Shown here: positions 51,728 to 64,000 of the stretch, piece by piece
How positions within the stretch are numbered: position 1 is the first letter of the stretch
Layout of the letters: each line of letters begins with the position of its first letter
Assembly (NCBI GenBank): GCA_965202585.1
Contig: OZ241828.1
Span: 66,030,001-66,094,000, forward strand
Reading direction: 5' to 3'
Length of the DNA stretch: 64,000 nucleotides
DNA from: Thalia democratica
Lineage: Eukaryota
Translations under genes and position numbers: made by a program
The notes under the pieces: model-generated
What the model was told of the DNA's origin: nothing
Databases searched by the model: none
What the model saw: only the letters and a program-made list of their open reading frames with translations

Positions 51728-51892
51728 AAACTTTTATTTCTTCACTAAACTGATCGTTAAATTTGTTAGTAAAAAAGCTTTTGAAGTTAAATTTGTTGCT
51801 TTTTCTATTATAAATTAAAAATATTTTATATCGTGAAATTTACTAATTAGTTCTAAAAACTGTCTAGTTTGCAAAGCTTTTTTTGAAACCTA

Positions 51893-53082
51893 ATCCTTAC
51901 CCTTAATGAAACGTTATCCGCATTTATAAAACAAATTCCTAACATAATAAATCAACGCCTAATAAACGATCAAGCACAGAAGAAAATTTTCTAAAGACTA
52001 AAGATGAATATGAAAAAATAATGAAAAAATGCGGATACGACAACAAACTTAAACTTGAAAAACCTGAGCAACAACCTAATAATGAAAAACACAAAAGAAA
52101 AAGAAATGTAATCTGGTACAATCCTCCTTTTAGCAATTCTGTAAAAACTAATATTGGAAGAAAATTTATAAATCTAGTCAAAAAACACTTCAATAAACAA
52201 AATCCGCTAACAAAAATTTTCAACAAACATAATATGCGAATAAGTTATTCGTGTATGGCTAATTTAGAGAATATCATTGAGGCACACAACTAAAAAATAT
52301 TAAATCAAAACTCAGGAATTCAAAGTCAATGTGGCTGTGCTGGTAGCTGTAAATATAATTTGAAAGGGGGTAATTGCCGTAAGAACATCGTCTATAAGGC
52401 CACAGTTAACTCTGGCGTTGAGACGAGGTGCTATGTCGGCTTGTGCTCGACTCAATTTAGATTCAGGCATGCCAATCATAAAAAATCTTTTAAAGTCTGT
52501 ATATATGATAATGACACTGAACTTTCGAAGTATGTTTGTGGCTTAAAGCGCAGCGGCATTGACTTCGAAATATGCTGGGAAGTTATAAAAAGAGCACAGC
52601 CTATAGCCGACGGCAATAGCCCAATATTTAGACTGTGTTTAAAAGAAGCATCAGCCGTTGTATATGCACTGAAAGACAGATGCCTAAACAAAAGAAGCGA
52701 GTTTGTATCGTCTTGTAGACATATAAAAAAGTCGCTTTTAAAGTTTAACAAGTTTTAATTTCATCTTAAAACAACCCAAAATTCAATTTGCATCTTAATT
52801 TTATCTTTATCTCTTTCAGTTATCTGTCGTAATATATAGTTACTCACTGAATTTATATGAATTTTTGCTAGTTTATTGTCGATTGGTAAATTAATTTTTG
52901 CACAAGCCGTTTTGCATGATTTTTGATAGTTTCAAAATTACGTCATAATCTATTTATGCAAAATTTTTTAACTTTCATTATTGATTTTGTTTTGTGCTTT
53001 ATTTTAAACTTTTTTTGAAGCTGATGAGTGAATAGTCACGAAACTCGAGTCCTTTGAGTTTTGCATCTTTAAATAAACCTTT
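51893..53082 (+). mobile_element. 5'-truncated Penelope-like retroelement: RT C-terminus, Cys-rich linker (Neptune-like), GIY-YIG endonuclease and 3' region; decayed
   Basis: ORFs 52021-52293 and 52360-52758 are in one frame split by a TAA. Motifs IWYNPPFS..VKTNIG, ISYSCM.N...HN, CGC...C, IVY...YVG, NHKKSF, TELSKY, LCLKE, LNKRSE..SSCRH match the typical PLE C-terminus. Followed by a hammerhead, AATAAA (53072) and (TA)n. Confidence 0.9.
53015..53058 (+). ncRNA. Type-I hammerhead ribozyme of the Penelope-like element
   Basis: Intact core CTGATGA 53021-27; stem II GTGA-atag-TCAC with a G-C closing pair; GAAA 53040-43; palindromic stem III ACTCGAGT; GUC cleavage site after C53051; stem I TTGAAG/CTTTGA with two G-U pairs. 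Confidence 0.85.
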
Positions 53083-53102
53083 TATATATATATATATATA
53101 TA
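53083..53102. repeat. (TA)n microsatellite at the PLE 3' junction
   Basis: Uninterrupted TA run. Confidence 0.95.
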
Positions 53103-54304
53103 TGTTAATGGGTTTTTTGTAGTTTTGGTAAATAATGATCGACAAATTTAATTAGATTTAAATATTTACTAAATTATATAATAAACAACAGCTTTATACA
53201 GCTATTTTGTTTATGAGATATTTTAACTCATATATTGTTCAGTAAAAATTTAGTTTATTAGACATATTTTACAAAAATTTAGAATTCAAAAGCTTCATAA
53301 ATAATATAACGTAGCAAAAATGAAGGTTTTTGTTCAGTAATTTAATTTAGAAGAAATTCGCTGATTTTAGTTTTATTATTTATTTAAGAAATTGTGAATT
53401 TAAAAAAAAATACTAATTGCTTTTACAAGATATATTACAAGTATGTAATACAAAGGTTTATTAGAACAATGATTTTAACTGCTTGTGTGCGTGGCTTTAT
53501 TTTACCTTAATTTAATATTTATTTAGGTTTAATTTTGCTAAAAAAGTATCTTTAGTAATGAATGCAGATATTTTATGTTTTGCTTTTTCTTGTTTAGTGC
53601 TATATTTTAGTCTGGTTAATTAATTTCGTATTTTTTTTGTATAGCAAAGTCTAACTCTACAGCCAAGTTTAGTATTTTACTTTAAATTTGTCTTGGTTAC
53701 TATTTTCCATTTTATTTTATATTGTCTGTTGTTGTATTCAAAATTCAAGTTCTATTGTACATGGGATCTACGGAAAACAGTGTTAAAAAAAAATACAAAA
53801 ATTACAAATCTTCTTTCACAAAATTAACCTAAGACATGCAACAAAATTTGGGTTTAAAAATGTTTCCATACTTTGTAAAATTTTTAATAGCAATTACTAA
53901 AACTTTTTCTAAATGCACAAATTCTGAATCCGATAACAAAACTAAAATCATCGTACTTAAAACGAAAATCACCGCACGAAAATCTTGATTATTTTTACGT
54001 CAAATAATTTTATAATTTTTAAGTTCTAATTCCGTGAAAAGTTTGATTTATTAACTTAAGCTTATATAAGGATTATTGAGATAGTTATATCTCATGTACG
54101 AAACAGCTGTATTAAACTGTTGTTTATTACATAGTTAAACATATAAATACGTATACAAATCGACTGAAAACTAATTGTCCTGCACTTGAATTTGTTTCTA
54201 GATTTAGACGATATTAACACAAACGTATAACTTTTATTAATAAAAGAAACTATTTTAACCTAAGAAAAATAAAATAGTTTAAAAGGACATAATAAAAACA
54301 ACAG

Positions 54305-54857
54305 GACATTAACATGACGTTGAAAAAGGATCTGGAAAACTTATACCAAAAATGGCATCAAGTTATTGATACCGAAAATTTTTACTTTAATGGGGTAAAC
54401 AACACTATTTATAGAGTGAAAGATAATTTTGAAGCAAAAATCAAAAATTATCGAGAAAGCTTAAAGGATGAAACAAAGGTTAACCATATTGCAAGTGTAA
54501 AGCAGGAACTCGACCTGCTTAGTTGATGAACTCCAATAATTTTTGGATTAATTAGAAGCAGAATTTGAATACTTTAGAGAAGAAGCTAGAAATTAATATC
54601 GTTGTTTATTCATCCAGGTCTTAGAAGTCACTAGACAACAACGAAATCTAACACCCGAAAGATTACAGCAATTTGAAACACCTGAAGCTGACGAGTCATT
54701 TGTTGGTGATGAGTGTGCGACATGCATGAGAGACATTGAAATTGGTAGAAATATGACCCGTCTCGACTGCGATGGTAAGCATACCTTCTGTCAAGTTTGT
54801 TTCGAAGAATGGTTTACTGACCACAACACATGCCCATTATGTAGGCATAAGCTTTAG
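54305..54857 (+). pseudogene. RING family copy 7, terminal exon only recognised; frameshift and three stops
   Basis: ACAG acceptor at 54304, then DINMTLKKDL. +1 frameshift near 54524; TAA at 54537, 54549 and 54594. RING still readable: CATC...CDGKHTFCQVC...CPLCRHKL-TAG. Confidence 0.88.
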
Positions 54858-55449
54858 ATAATTGCCTTGGTTTAACATTTTGCTCGTTAAAACTGTTAAT
54901 TAATAAATACTTTGAAATTAAATTTTTTGTGTATTTTTTTTTTAAATACTTTAATTACAAGGTAAAAATTAAAAATAAAAACTAATAAACTCTGAATATA
55001 ATCTAGAAAATAGAAGTTTAAAAAAATGTTAAATATTTTAATTTTATTATCTCATTTAAATGTTTAATTAGTTTATGGCTGAATTAAGTTGTATCCTTCT
55101 CTAAAAACTCAATTATAACTAGTTAACAGACGAGACTAAATACGAGTTAGATAACTTTAGAAGTAAAAACATTAACGCAGACTTCTATAAAAAACACGAG
55201 TAACTTTTTTTCTTTTAACTAATTATTCTTTTTTTAGGCAAAATACTTTTCAGTTCTAAGTTTAATCATTTTTTAATGATTTACAGTAGTTTATTTGATA
55301 TTTAATATAAATCAAAACAACTCTACGAAAAAAAAAAGATTTAAGTTACATATTTATAACTTGCTCAACTTAACTTTTAAGGGTTATAGCATTTTACACA
55401 AATTTATACAAATTAATATAGATAGGTTTATTATCATGTCTCACCACTT

Positions 55450-55861
55450 CGAACCCGATCATTTTTAACTCGATATAATCCGATCATTTCTAAACCGCCG
55501 GTTTAGTTATGGTCTACTATCAATGTTACCCCTTACCCTTCGTCAGTAAGCATTTCTTTCTGTCAGTTGGGTGAACCACGGTTGAAGATTGTAGCGGTGA
55601 CTTAAACAAGTCAACCTTGCAAATTAGACCCTTCGTTCAAAACAGACCAGCTCCCATTTTTTCCAGTAGACAACAGGAAGAACCGGTCAAGTCCTCGACC
55701 TGAGTCGTGTAGTAGAAACTAAGTACTATTGTCAAGAGTATTAAGTGATAGAATCAAAGTCAAAAAATAAAAATGTACAATTTTTCAATGACCTGATTAG
55801 AAATAATTGAGTTGGATGTGATCAGGTTAGAAATTATTGCGGGTTATATATGATCGGTTCG
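55450..55861. mobile_element. Possible MITE with degenerate terminal inverted repeats
   Basis: Left cgaacccgatcatttttaactcgatataat vs reverse complement of the right end cgaaccgatcatatataacccgcaataat; interior is GC-richer than the flanks. Confidence 0.4.
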
Positions 55862-58549
55862 TATAAACAAACATATTAACTAAGATAAAAATTTCATCTT
55901 CAAAAACTATTTAGAGTATATTTGGCTACTTAAAATAACTAAACACTAATTTTATTTGCATAAAAAGAGAAGTCTAGTTGAACAAGAATATGCAAGTGAA
56001 ACGATAACATTGTTGTTCGTTCGAGTAATATTGGAAAATATCAACAGCAAGAATATAGGTTAAAAAGACAAATTAATGTTTCCAAAATAACTTGATTTAA
56101 CATTTCATTAATTAGAAGTGTACGATTTAGTTAGCAATAGTTTAACATATTAACAGTCTTTAAACTTTTATTTTTAATATAATTGTTTAGAAATTTTCGT
56201 AAAACTAGCTAAACAGTAAAATTTTATTTATTAATCACCACAACAACCTTAGTTAACATACGAGGAAAAAAAAAAAAAAACTTAAGGTTTTTGTAAACAT
56301 TTTTGACCATAAAAAAATTTTTAGTATTTTTCAAACATTTTTATAAATAGACTTAACATGTTTGATATTCAACAACTTTGGTAGAAAATTTTAAAATAAG
56401 TGAGCAGTAGGCTTATTTTTCAACTTACTTTAGGTTTTATTCTATTCTACTTCATCAAATTATATTACATCAAACTTCAGAAATTTATAATGTATCGTCG
56501 CAAAATGATACAAAAAACAAAAATAATAATTAAAATTTTTGCTATAGCAAAACAAAAGTTTATCAACTGTTTTTTTTTTAACTTTTTAAAATTTTATAAG
56601 CTTATAGTCAGAATTTGTGCGTAACTTCTTTTAGGGTATGGTAATTTAAGAGAACAGAAAAATTAAAACCAAAAGTATGAACTACGGACATTTCTAGTGT
56701 TCCAGTGAATATATTAGATAGAATTTTTCTAAATACAAAAATAAAATTTTTAATAGTTCTTAAGCAAAGCTTTTAAAACACTTATTGATCTAAGCTTTAA
56801 CAAACAGGATTTTTTTGATTACCTTTTTTTATGCTTAAAACCTATAATTTGTTTACTAGCTTATATATTAATAAAAGTCTATAAGTTACAATTTTTTTTA
56901 TTAATTTTATTTATTTATCATTAAATTTTGTAAAAGTTGCTACAAATAACCTTTAAGAGTTTTAGTTTAAAAAAATTTATGTTTTTAGTATTTCATAGAA
57001 ACAAAAAGTAGTATACCACGTATTAATTTTAGTTAAATGTTATATAAATTTTTTTTAAATATTGAAGTAGCTGAATCTAACTTAAAATAATAAGAAGCTT
57101 AACGAATTAAACCCTTTACAAGGTTTGAACTTTTTGTATTTACTTATATTTTTAAATCACGTTCACATATAAAAATGTTTTAATATTTTAAAGTAATAAA
57201 ACTACAAAGTTTGTACTTTAAGGTGGTGTTATAACTATTTATCCCTCGTTTTCTTTTAATATTTAGTTTAACTCTGTTCATTAAAAAGTTTATTTTGAAT
57301 TTAGGGAACTGTTTTTTATAATTCAACTCATGTTAAATTTCAAAGTACAAAGTTTTAAAGTTTAAACACTTTTATCTGTACTACAGTATTTTATACTTTG
57401 TTATGTTAATTTTATATAAAAATAAACTAAACTTAACTTAAAAATCGTAATTCACTTTAATTTTTTTTTTGCGTTTTATATTTTTGTACAAAGATTTTAT
57501 TATTATACATTCAAACATATTCGCAAACAAAATGTTTATTTTAAAAGTTTAAGTAAAAATGTTTTATACTCACAAAATTTTGAATTATAATATTTTTTAT
57601 CATAAGATAGATGTAGATATAATTTTACAATATTATTGATAAAACAAGTAATTAAGTATCAGGCGATATAAATAAAATATTTGTAATTTTTGTTTTTCGT
57701 AGAAAATTACGTTTAGTTTCTATAAAACCAACAAGCTTTTTCAGTTAGTGATAAACTAAAGAGAGATTAAACCAAAAACTTGTTAAATACAACTTACCTG
57801 ATTTATAGTTAGCATTTGTAAAACTATTTTAGTTGCTTTTTTTAAATGACAGTTGTTAAATAATATAATTTATATTTAGCAGCTAATGTTGATCTATAAA
57901 TGCAATCAAATTTTTAAATTTTGAGAGAGTATTTTTATTTTTAACAGAATATAAAAAGACACTCAGCGCAAAAATCCAGATATACTTTACGATATTTTTA
58001 TCAGTGAATAGGTAGCAATAAACAAATAAAAAAATTTACTTATATAGTAACAGTAGTTTTCATCATAAACAAATACTAATACATACAAAGTTAACTCCAC
58101 AAAACTTTTTTAAATACTAATTACTAGAGCTTCTTAAATAATACAAATAAACATCAATTAAGTAAATAAAGTAACAATATAGTCAAATTATTTTTGTCTA
58201 CAAAGAGTAAGTTTTCTATTTCAAATACATTTAGCTTCCAATTTGATTAAGACAAAAACTTTCCATTAACTTAGTCATCTTATGTATTTTTTCAAATTTA
58301 AATTTTCAGCGAAACAATGAAGTATACTTTAATTCAGTAAAAAATATTAAAAATTGTGCATGTACACAGTAACAGTTCAAACTACGATCACTGCTGCCAG
58401 TTAAGCGATCACACTCATCTACAAACAATTTCTCACATATTAGCTTGAAATCGCCCTAGGCAAATTTGAATAAAACTCACCGTTCGGCAACTTTATATTC
58501 ATTACGTGGCTCTGCTAGCTGGTGATAAGTTGCTTTGTGTGAATTATAC

Positions 58550-61500
58550 ATGATGGGAAATTTAGTTAATTTCGTTGCTTTGTTGGTAGCTGTTGCGTTA
58601 ATTCAAGTTAGTTTGTTTTAAATAGTTAACTTATAGAATAATAAAAGTTTTGCAGCATGACTTGATAGTAATTACTTTAGTTAGACAATAAATTAAATTT
58701 TGTTTTAAAACTAGGTAAACCTTATTTTCATTGAATTGTTTGTTTTGGCTGTTATGGATGACTAAAATAAACTTTTATTTATCCAGAAAAGTATGTTTAA
58801 CTTCATTTTATTCTAGGAGTTTTAAATAATTTTTTTTACCTATGTGATTGTAAACTTTTAAGTCTTTCTTATATAATTCAAAATAAAAACTAACAAATTT
58901 AACATAGGCTAGTAATGATATTTAGACTTGTTAAATTTAGAAGTTTTGTCTAATAAAACTAAGATAAATAGCTATTAAAATTTGTATTATACTTAGAAAT
59001 GAGTAGATATTAATTTATCTGGGTACTAGATAACTTTAACTAACATAACAAAACAATTATTTTAGTTACTAGCTTTCTTTAACTGATAAAATAAGTGCAT
59101 AAAATTTTGTACAGTAAAGTTCTAAAATCTAAAATAAAGTTGATAATTTATATTATGCTAATTAAACTTTCAATGTATGGTACAACCTTTTATCTTAAAC
59201 TTGTATTCATATACTGCTTTTTTTAAATATCTTTAACAACATTAAACAATCAAATATAAGTGTCATAGAAATTACTAAATATAATTTTTTATTTAATTTT
59301 GTTAGATAATGGACCACAAGGTACTCTAAACCATTTTTATCATTGAAAAGTAAAACAAGTTTATTCATAGTTTTAGTTTTAAAAAATTAGGTACAACAGT
59401 TTAAACTCAAACTTTTGTTTTTGTTTAACATCACGAACGGTCTTGTAAAACAATTAAAAAACATATATAGACTTTTTAGCTAGTTTGTCTCAAAGTATAA
59501 TTTCAAGTGTTATTAGTAACAGCACAGAAACGTTTGCTACTAAACTTTACATTATCACATAAATCTTCTGTATTTAATATTAGCGAAAAATAAAAATAAT
59601 TAGTCTGTTTAAAATTAACAACACAATTTAAATAAATTATATAAAGATAAAAGTTTTTGAAAAGCTAATCATTTTAAATTAAGTATAAACTAGTTTGCTA
59701 ACATCAATTAAAAGCATTTTTTTAGATTTTGAAAGTTTTGACTAGAAATAAACATTATTATAGCAGAGAGATATAAACATTATAAGAAGATGAATTATAG
59801 TACTTTATTTTTAAACTTTCTAAAAAAATCCTATAAACTGTGTCTAGAGAAAATTGCACGTGTTTTTATCTTTTCAAAAAAGAGATCCAATTATAAAAAA
59901 GTTAACCAATTTAAGTGTAAAATCAAGCAATAAAGAAACACCTCCTAATAAAATTAAACTACTTTTTATTGAAACAATCTAATCACTTTAATAGCACGGA
60001 CATGCAAAAGATCAGAAGAAGAAGTTTAAAAGCCAGACCATGAATCCGGTGAACATCACTGAATACGGATTGTTAGACGAAGATGTGGGAATCGTGGAGA
60101 TCAACAGAAAGAGCTTCAAGAAGTTGATAAATCCCAGCCATGATGCGTGGATAGTTGTTGTGTACAAGCATGGACTCGAAGTGTTAGTTATTCGCTTATG
60201 TAAATTTAAAACAATATTTTTTTTAATCTGCATTGCTAACTATGTTATGCCTCATACTTTTGATTTACATATTTTTCTGTTGTAAAAAGACTCGAAGCGT
60301 GGGTCATTAGTTTTAACATTATTATAAGTATTGCTAAATTTGTTTTTTATAAGTGTTTTAAAGTTTTAAATTGAACTGAAACTATTGCATTTTGATTAAA
60401 ATGCTATGTAAATTGTTCAAACAGTTTGTTAGAGAACTATTAATGAGTTTTTATTTTAAAGAAAATTTGAAAAAAATTACAAATAAAAATTTTTTTACCG
60501 TTTAGTTTTGTAGTGAACTTGTTTTGAACTTGAAATGTGGTTTTTTGCGGTAACTAATATGATTTTATGTGTATTTGCGGCTTGTAATAGTATGAGAGAT
60601 AGATTAGAGTTTTAATATTTAATGTAGTTAGAGCGCATTGAAGTACTGCGAATTTTTTGTTAGTAATAGTAGCATCGTTGTTTTTTGTCTGTACAAATTG
60701 TGTTTGTTAGTGAAAAAAAAGTTTAGTTTGTAATAACTTGTTAAAACAATTAAAACTTCTTTATTAAAGTTAGTTCTGAAATTCGCCCTTAAAAACATTA
60801 GGTAAACATTTAATAAACAAAGTTTCAAGAATATTTTCTAAGTAATGATAAAAATTATTAATATTTTATTCATTTTGCTTAAAAGTATTGTTCAACACTA
60901 AACAAAACAATTATCTTTGTTTTATAGTTGGTACAAAGATTTTTTTTACTAGTTTATTAATTTTTTACAGCATGAAAATATACAAACTTAGCTAATCAAA
61001 ATACTATTTACTTTTTGTAGTATTTAAACAGCTTTACTTACAATTAATTATGTAATAGCAATTAGCTTTCACAGTAAATGGAAAGAACACGCAAAAAGAG
61101 TTAAGGGAGGAGTTTTTTATGGAATGATCAATTTTGAAACTGAACAAGAGTTAATTGCAGAATGGGTAAGTATAAGTATTAAAATAAACACATAATTTTT
61201 TAAGTATCATTTATTTTTAACGACTTTATAAAGAATATTAATGTTTTTATAAAACCATGTTTAACTAAGCTACTTGAATAAATGAAATCAGTTTTCAATA
61301 CTGCTATATTTGTTTATAACATTATGACAGGCATTATCTTAATAATTAAAATGATAACAACTTATCAACTAAAGCATTTATTTACCTTCTCCAATTAGAC
61401 ACTTTTTTCCAACCAAATCCACCCAACAGGACGCAGACCTGCACACAGACAGCGTCGGCCACGGCGTCGCTTTCGTGTTCAACCACGGATCGAAAACTTC

Positions 61501-63470
61501 CGCCAAATCCAAACAGTTCTACCCGAAACGAACGAGGAAACCCATCGAAGCGGAACGGATGGCGGCAGGGAGCTTCAAGGACCATTTTGAGAAGCTGAAC
61601 TTCAGAGGGGGACCGGAGAAGTTCAACGAGTGGATACTGAAGGCTTACTACAAATCTAATCCTAGCAAGTTGGTTTTAATCTTCTATTAATTAAAGCTAG
61701 TATTAGTAAAACTATAAATTATCAATAAAAGTTTATCACCTTAATGGTTGTTTAATAAACTATCAACTAAAAGTTTAAGGCTTACTACACGTCTTCCTTA
61801 GGAAGTTGGTTTTGAGTAAATAGTAACTGTCCTAACTCGTTAAATTTGATATTCGTTAGTTATTAGAAAATAATTAGTAAAAGTTGTTAAGTTTTTAGTT
61901 GAAACTATAAAGATGAGTTGATACTGAAGACTAACAACAAGTCTTTACCAATTCAATTAAACTTTATTTATATTATTTGATACAAATGTTTGAGGTTATC
62001 ATAACGAGTTGTTACAAATTTATAAGAAAAAATGCGTCTTACAATGTTTTTTTCTGTAAAACTTCTAAAAGGTCCTTTTAGTTTTTACTATAGTTCTTAT
62101 CTAATTGTATGGTTTTTAAACATTAGTACAAGTGTTCACCTAGTAAGTCTATCCAATTAAACAAAAATCATCAGTTTAATGGATACTATAAGTCTTAGCC
62201 TATAAAGTCTGTTACATTAAAACTTCTACTGTTAATTTTAATACTTTAAGGTTTCCATAAGAAGGTCGTACGAACAAAAGCAATTAAAACAAATCGTTAT
62301 AATATCTATATTGGTTGACTTCCTAAAAAATATTTGTTAGTTAACACTGTAAAATAACAGTGAATATTTTTAGTTAATGCAATTAGCGATAGATGGTAAT
62401 TAAACTATTATTAATACGAAGTAAACAAAAGAGTTTAGTTATATCAATTAATATATTATATTACCTTTTGTATATAAACTGCAGTAAAAATTTAAATAAA
62501 ATTAAAACTATATTTAGTAAAAAATTAAATTATCTGAACAATTACACTATATGTTTTCGAATTTAAAGATTTTTAGAATTATTTATTTAGACTTATTTTG
62601 GTTTTTGGTTTGTGTGACATCGTTTGCATACTTATGGAGCATAAACACTTCATATATTAATAAATATTCTTTCAATTACAAAATTTAAAACATAATACAA
62701 GAAATTTAGTTGACGTCATAAAAGCTATCAAAATCTACACAAAAAATTCACAGATTTATAATTAGTTTTGTATAAAAAACTCTCTTACTAAGCAGTTTCT
62801 ATATAATTTATTACCGATTATTTATTAACTTATTCGTAGTTTTACAAGAATAGAATATTCGTTAGTCCTTTCATTGAAAATATTAAGTTAAAACTTTAAT
62901 ACAATAATAACTAATAAGCTTATTATTAGAAACAAGTTCATAGGTGCAGTTTGTTTTACTTTTTACTTGTGAGTTGTTTCTATATAAATTAATGCTCAAT
63001 ATTTGTCTATTTCAGATTTCTACATTGACATTGTAAGCCAAGTATCACAGTTTTCATATCATATCTGTAATATAGTTGAAATTTTCCACTACTAGGGTTT
63101 AACGTTGTAAAAATAGTTATTCGCCATTAGCAAAATCTCTACCTGTCAGGTTTCTAGTCATATGTTTGTAAAAGTCGCAAGAAGTAAAAGTTTTTTTGAA
63201 GACTTAACATTTTGTCAAATTTTCATTTTAGAACTAAATAATTACAAACTTTTTAACTAAATCAAAAATATTTTTTTAGTTACAAGTTAGTTGTAAACAT
63301 GTTTCTGTTTGTAAATACTTAAAAACTTAAATTTCACAGGTTTCCAGTAATATGCGTGGTCGACGAGTCACAAGGGGGAATCCCCTTAACACTTCGCGCC
63401 ATTTCATTTTACTTCGATTCGCACTTTGCGTTCAGCATTATCGACAAAAACCATCTGCATCACGTGCAAG
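58550..63470 (+). CDS. Secretory-pathway protein with tandem thioredoxin-like folds and no CxxC; 5' part join(58550..58606,59995..60182,61075..61165,61430..61668,63340..63470), continuing beyond the last exon found
   Basis: All four junctions are AG/GT with matching phases (0,2,0,2) and no stops. Signal peptide MMGNLVNFVALLVAVALIQ|HGHA. TRX-like start VEINRKSFKKLINPSHDAWIVVVY...KWKEHAKRVKG..YGMIN. A second domain, KFPVICVVDESQGGIPLTLRAISFYFDSHFAFSII, resembles from memory the redox-inactive TRX-like domains of DNAJC16/PDI-type proteins. Exons are much more GC-rich than introns. Confidence 0.78.
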
Positions 63471-64000
63471 GTATGCTGATGGAAATGCCAATACCTAAGG
63501 TTTGTTTGTTTTTGTTTGTTTTAATAAAGTGTATCTAAGTATTAGAGTTATTAGTTTTTGATTGTTTTGATAGGTTTTTAATCATTGTTAATAACTTAAC
63601 TTACATTTTAAGGATTTAATTTTTTTTTAACTAATTGCTACTTTTCTGTGTTGTTACTTCTATTTTTTCTGTTTATTTAACTTGTACTAATTAGTGAACT
63701 ACTTTGATTACTAAATCTACACTTCAACAGTTTCAAACCCAACCTTATTTAAATTTAACCTCTTTTTATTTTGTAGCTTTTTTTCTGTTTTCCTTCTATA
63801 AACTGATTTTCAATTTTAATACCTATGTTTTAGATTTTATTTTCTGTTTAAGTTGAAAGTGATTTGCTTTTAACAAAATCTCAACCTAATCTTTTGTTAA
63901 ATATTCACTGTATCTACGCATTTACTAGATATTAAATAACTTTAATACTTTTGTTTAATGTCAGTAAAATTTGTATAAGTAAATATTTATTTAAATTTAT

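Noticed and set aside
51939-52751. Minus-strand ORFs 51939-52226 and 52476-52751
   Set aside because: Antisense to the Penelope-like ORF.
1510-56624. Short AT-rich ORFs (1510, 16749, 16954, 21897, 22791, 26595, 31959, 33241, 39357, 45236, 56400; also 60628)
   Set aside because: F/K/L/I/N-rich composition expected from random AT-rich DNA or repeats; no motifs or consistent splice sites.
60012-61585. Minus-strand ORFs 60012-60233 and 61382-61585
   Set aside because: Antisense to exons of the thioredoxin-fold gene.

Overview
Very AT-rich eukaryotic, animal-like genomic DNA with spliceosomal introns; the organism cannot be fixed from sequence alone. The main feature is a + strand tandem array of seven copies of a small two-exon gene: a 10-11 codon first coding exon, a 309-353 nt phase-0 intron, then a variable helical region and a C-terminal RING finger. 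Three copies look intact (13.8-14.8, 36.8-37.7, 42.6-43.6 kb) and four are disabled (6.4-7.3, 7.5-8.1, 50.8-51.7, 54.3-54.9 kb). Two intact copies sit in a ~5.85 kb tandem duplication, and the paralogues look mosaic. Also present: three spliced Ser/Gln-rich exons at 4.4-5.2 kb that may join the first RING copy; a 5'-truncated Penelope-like retroelement at 51.9-53.1 kb ending in a type-I hammerhead ribozyme; a second, degenerate hammerhead in a related remnant at 5.6-5.95 kb; the first five exons of a signal-peptide, thioredoxin-fold gene without CxxC from 58.5 kb; and several MITE-like or dispersed repeats. No rRNA, tRNA or CRISPR array was seen. All gene models and alignments were made by eye.
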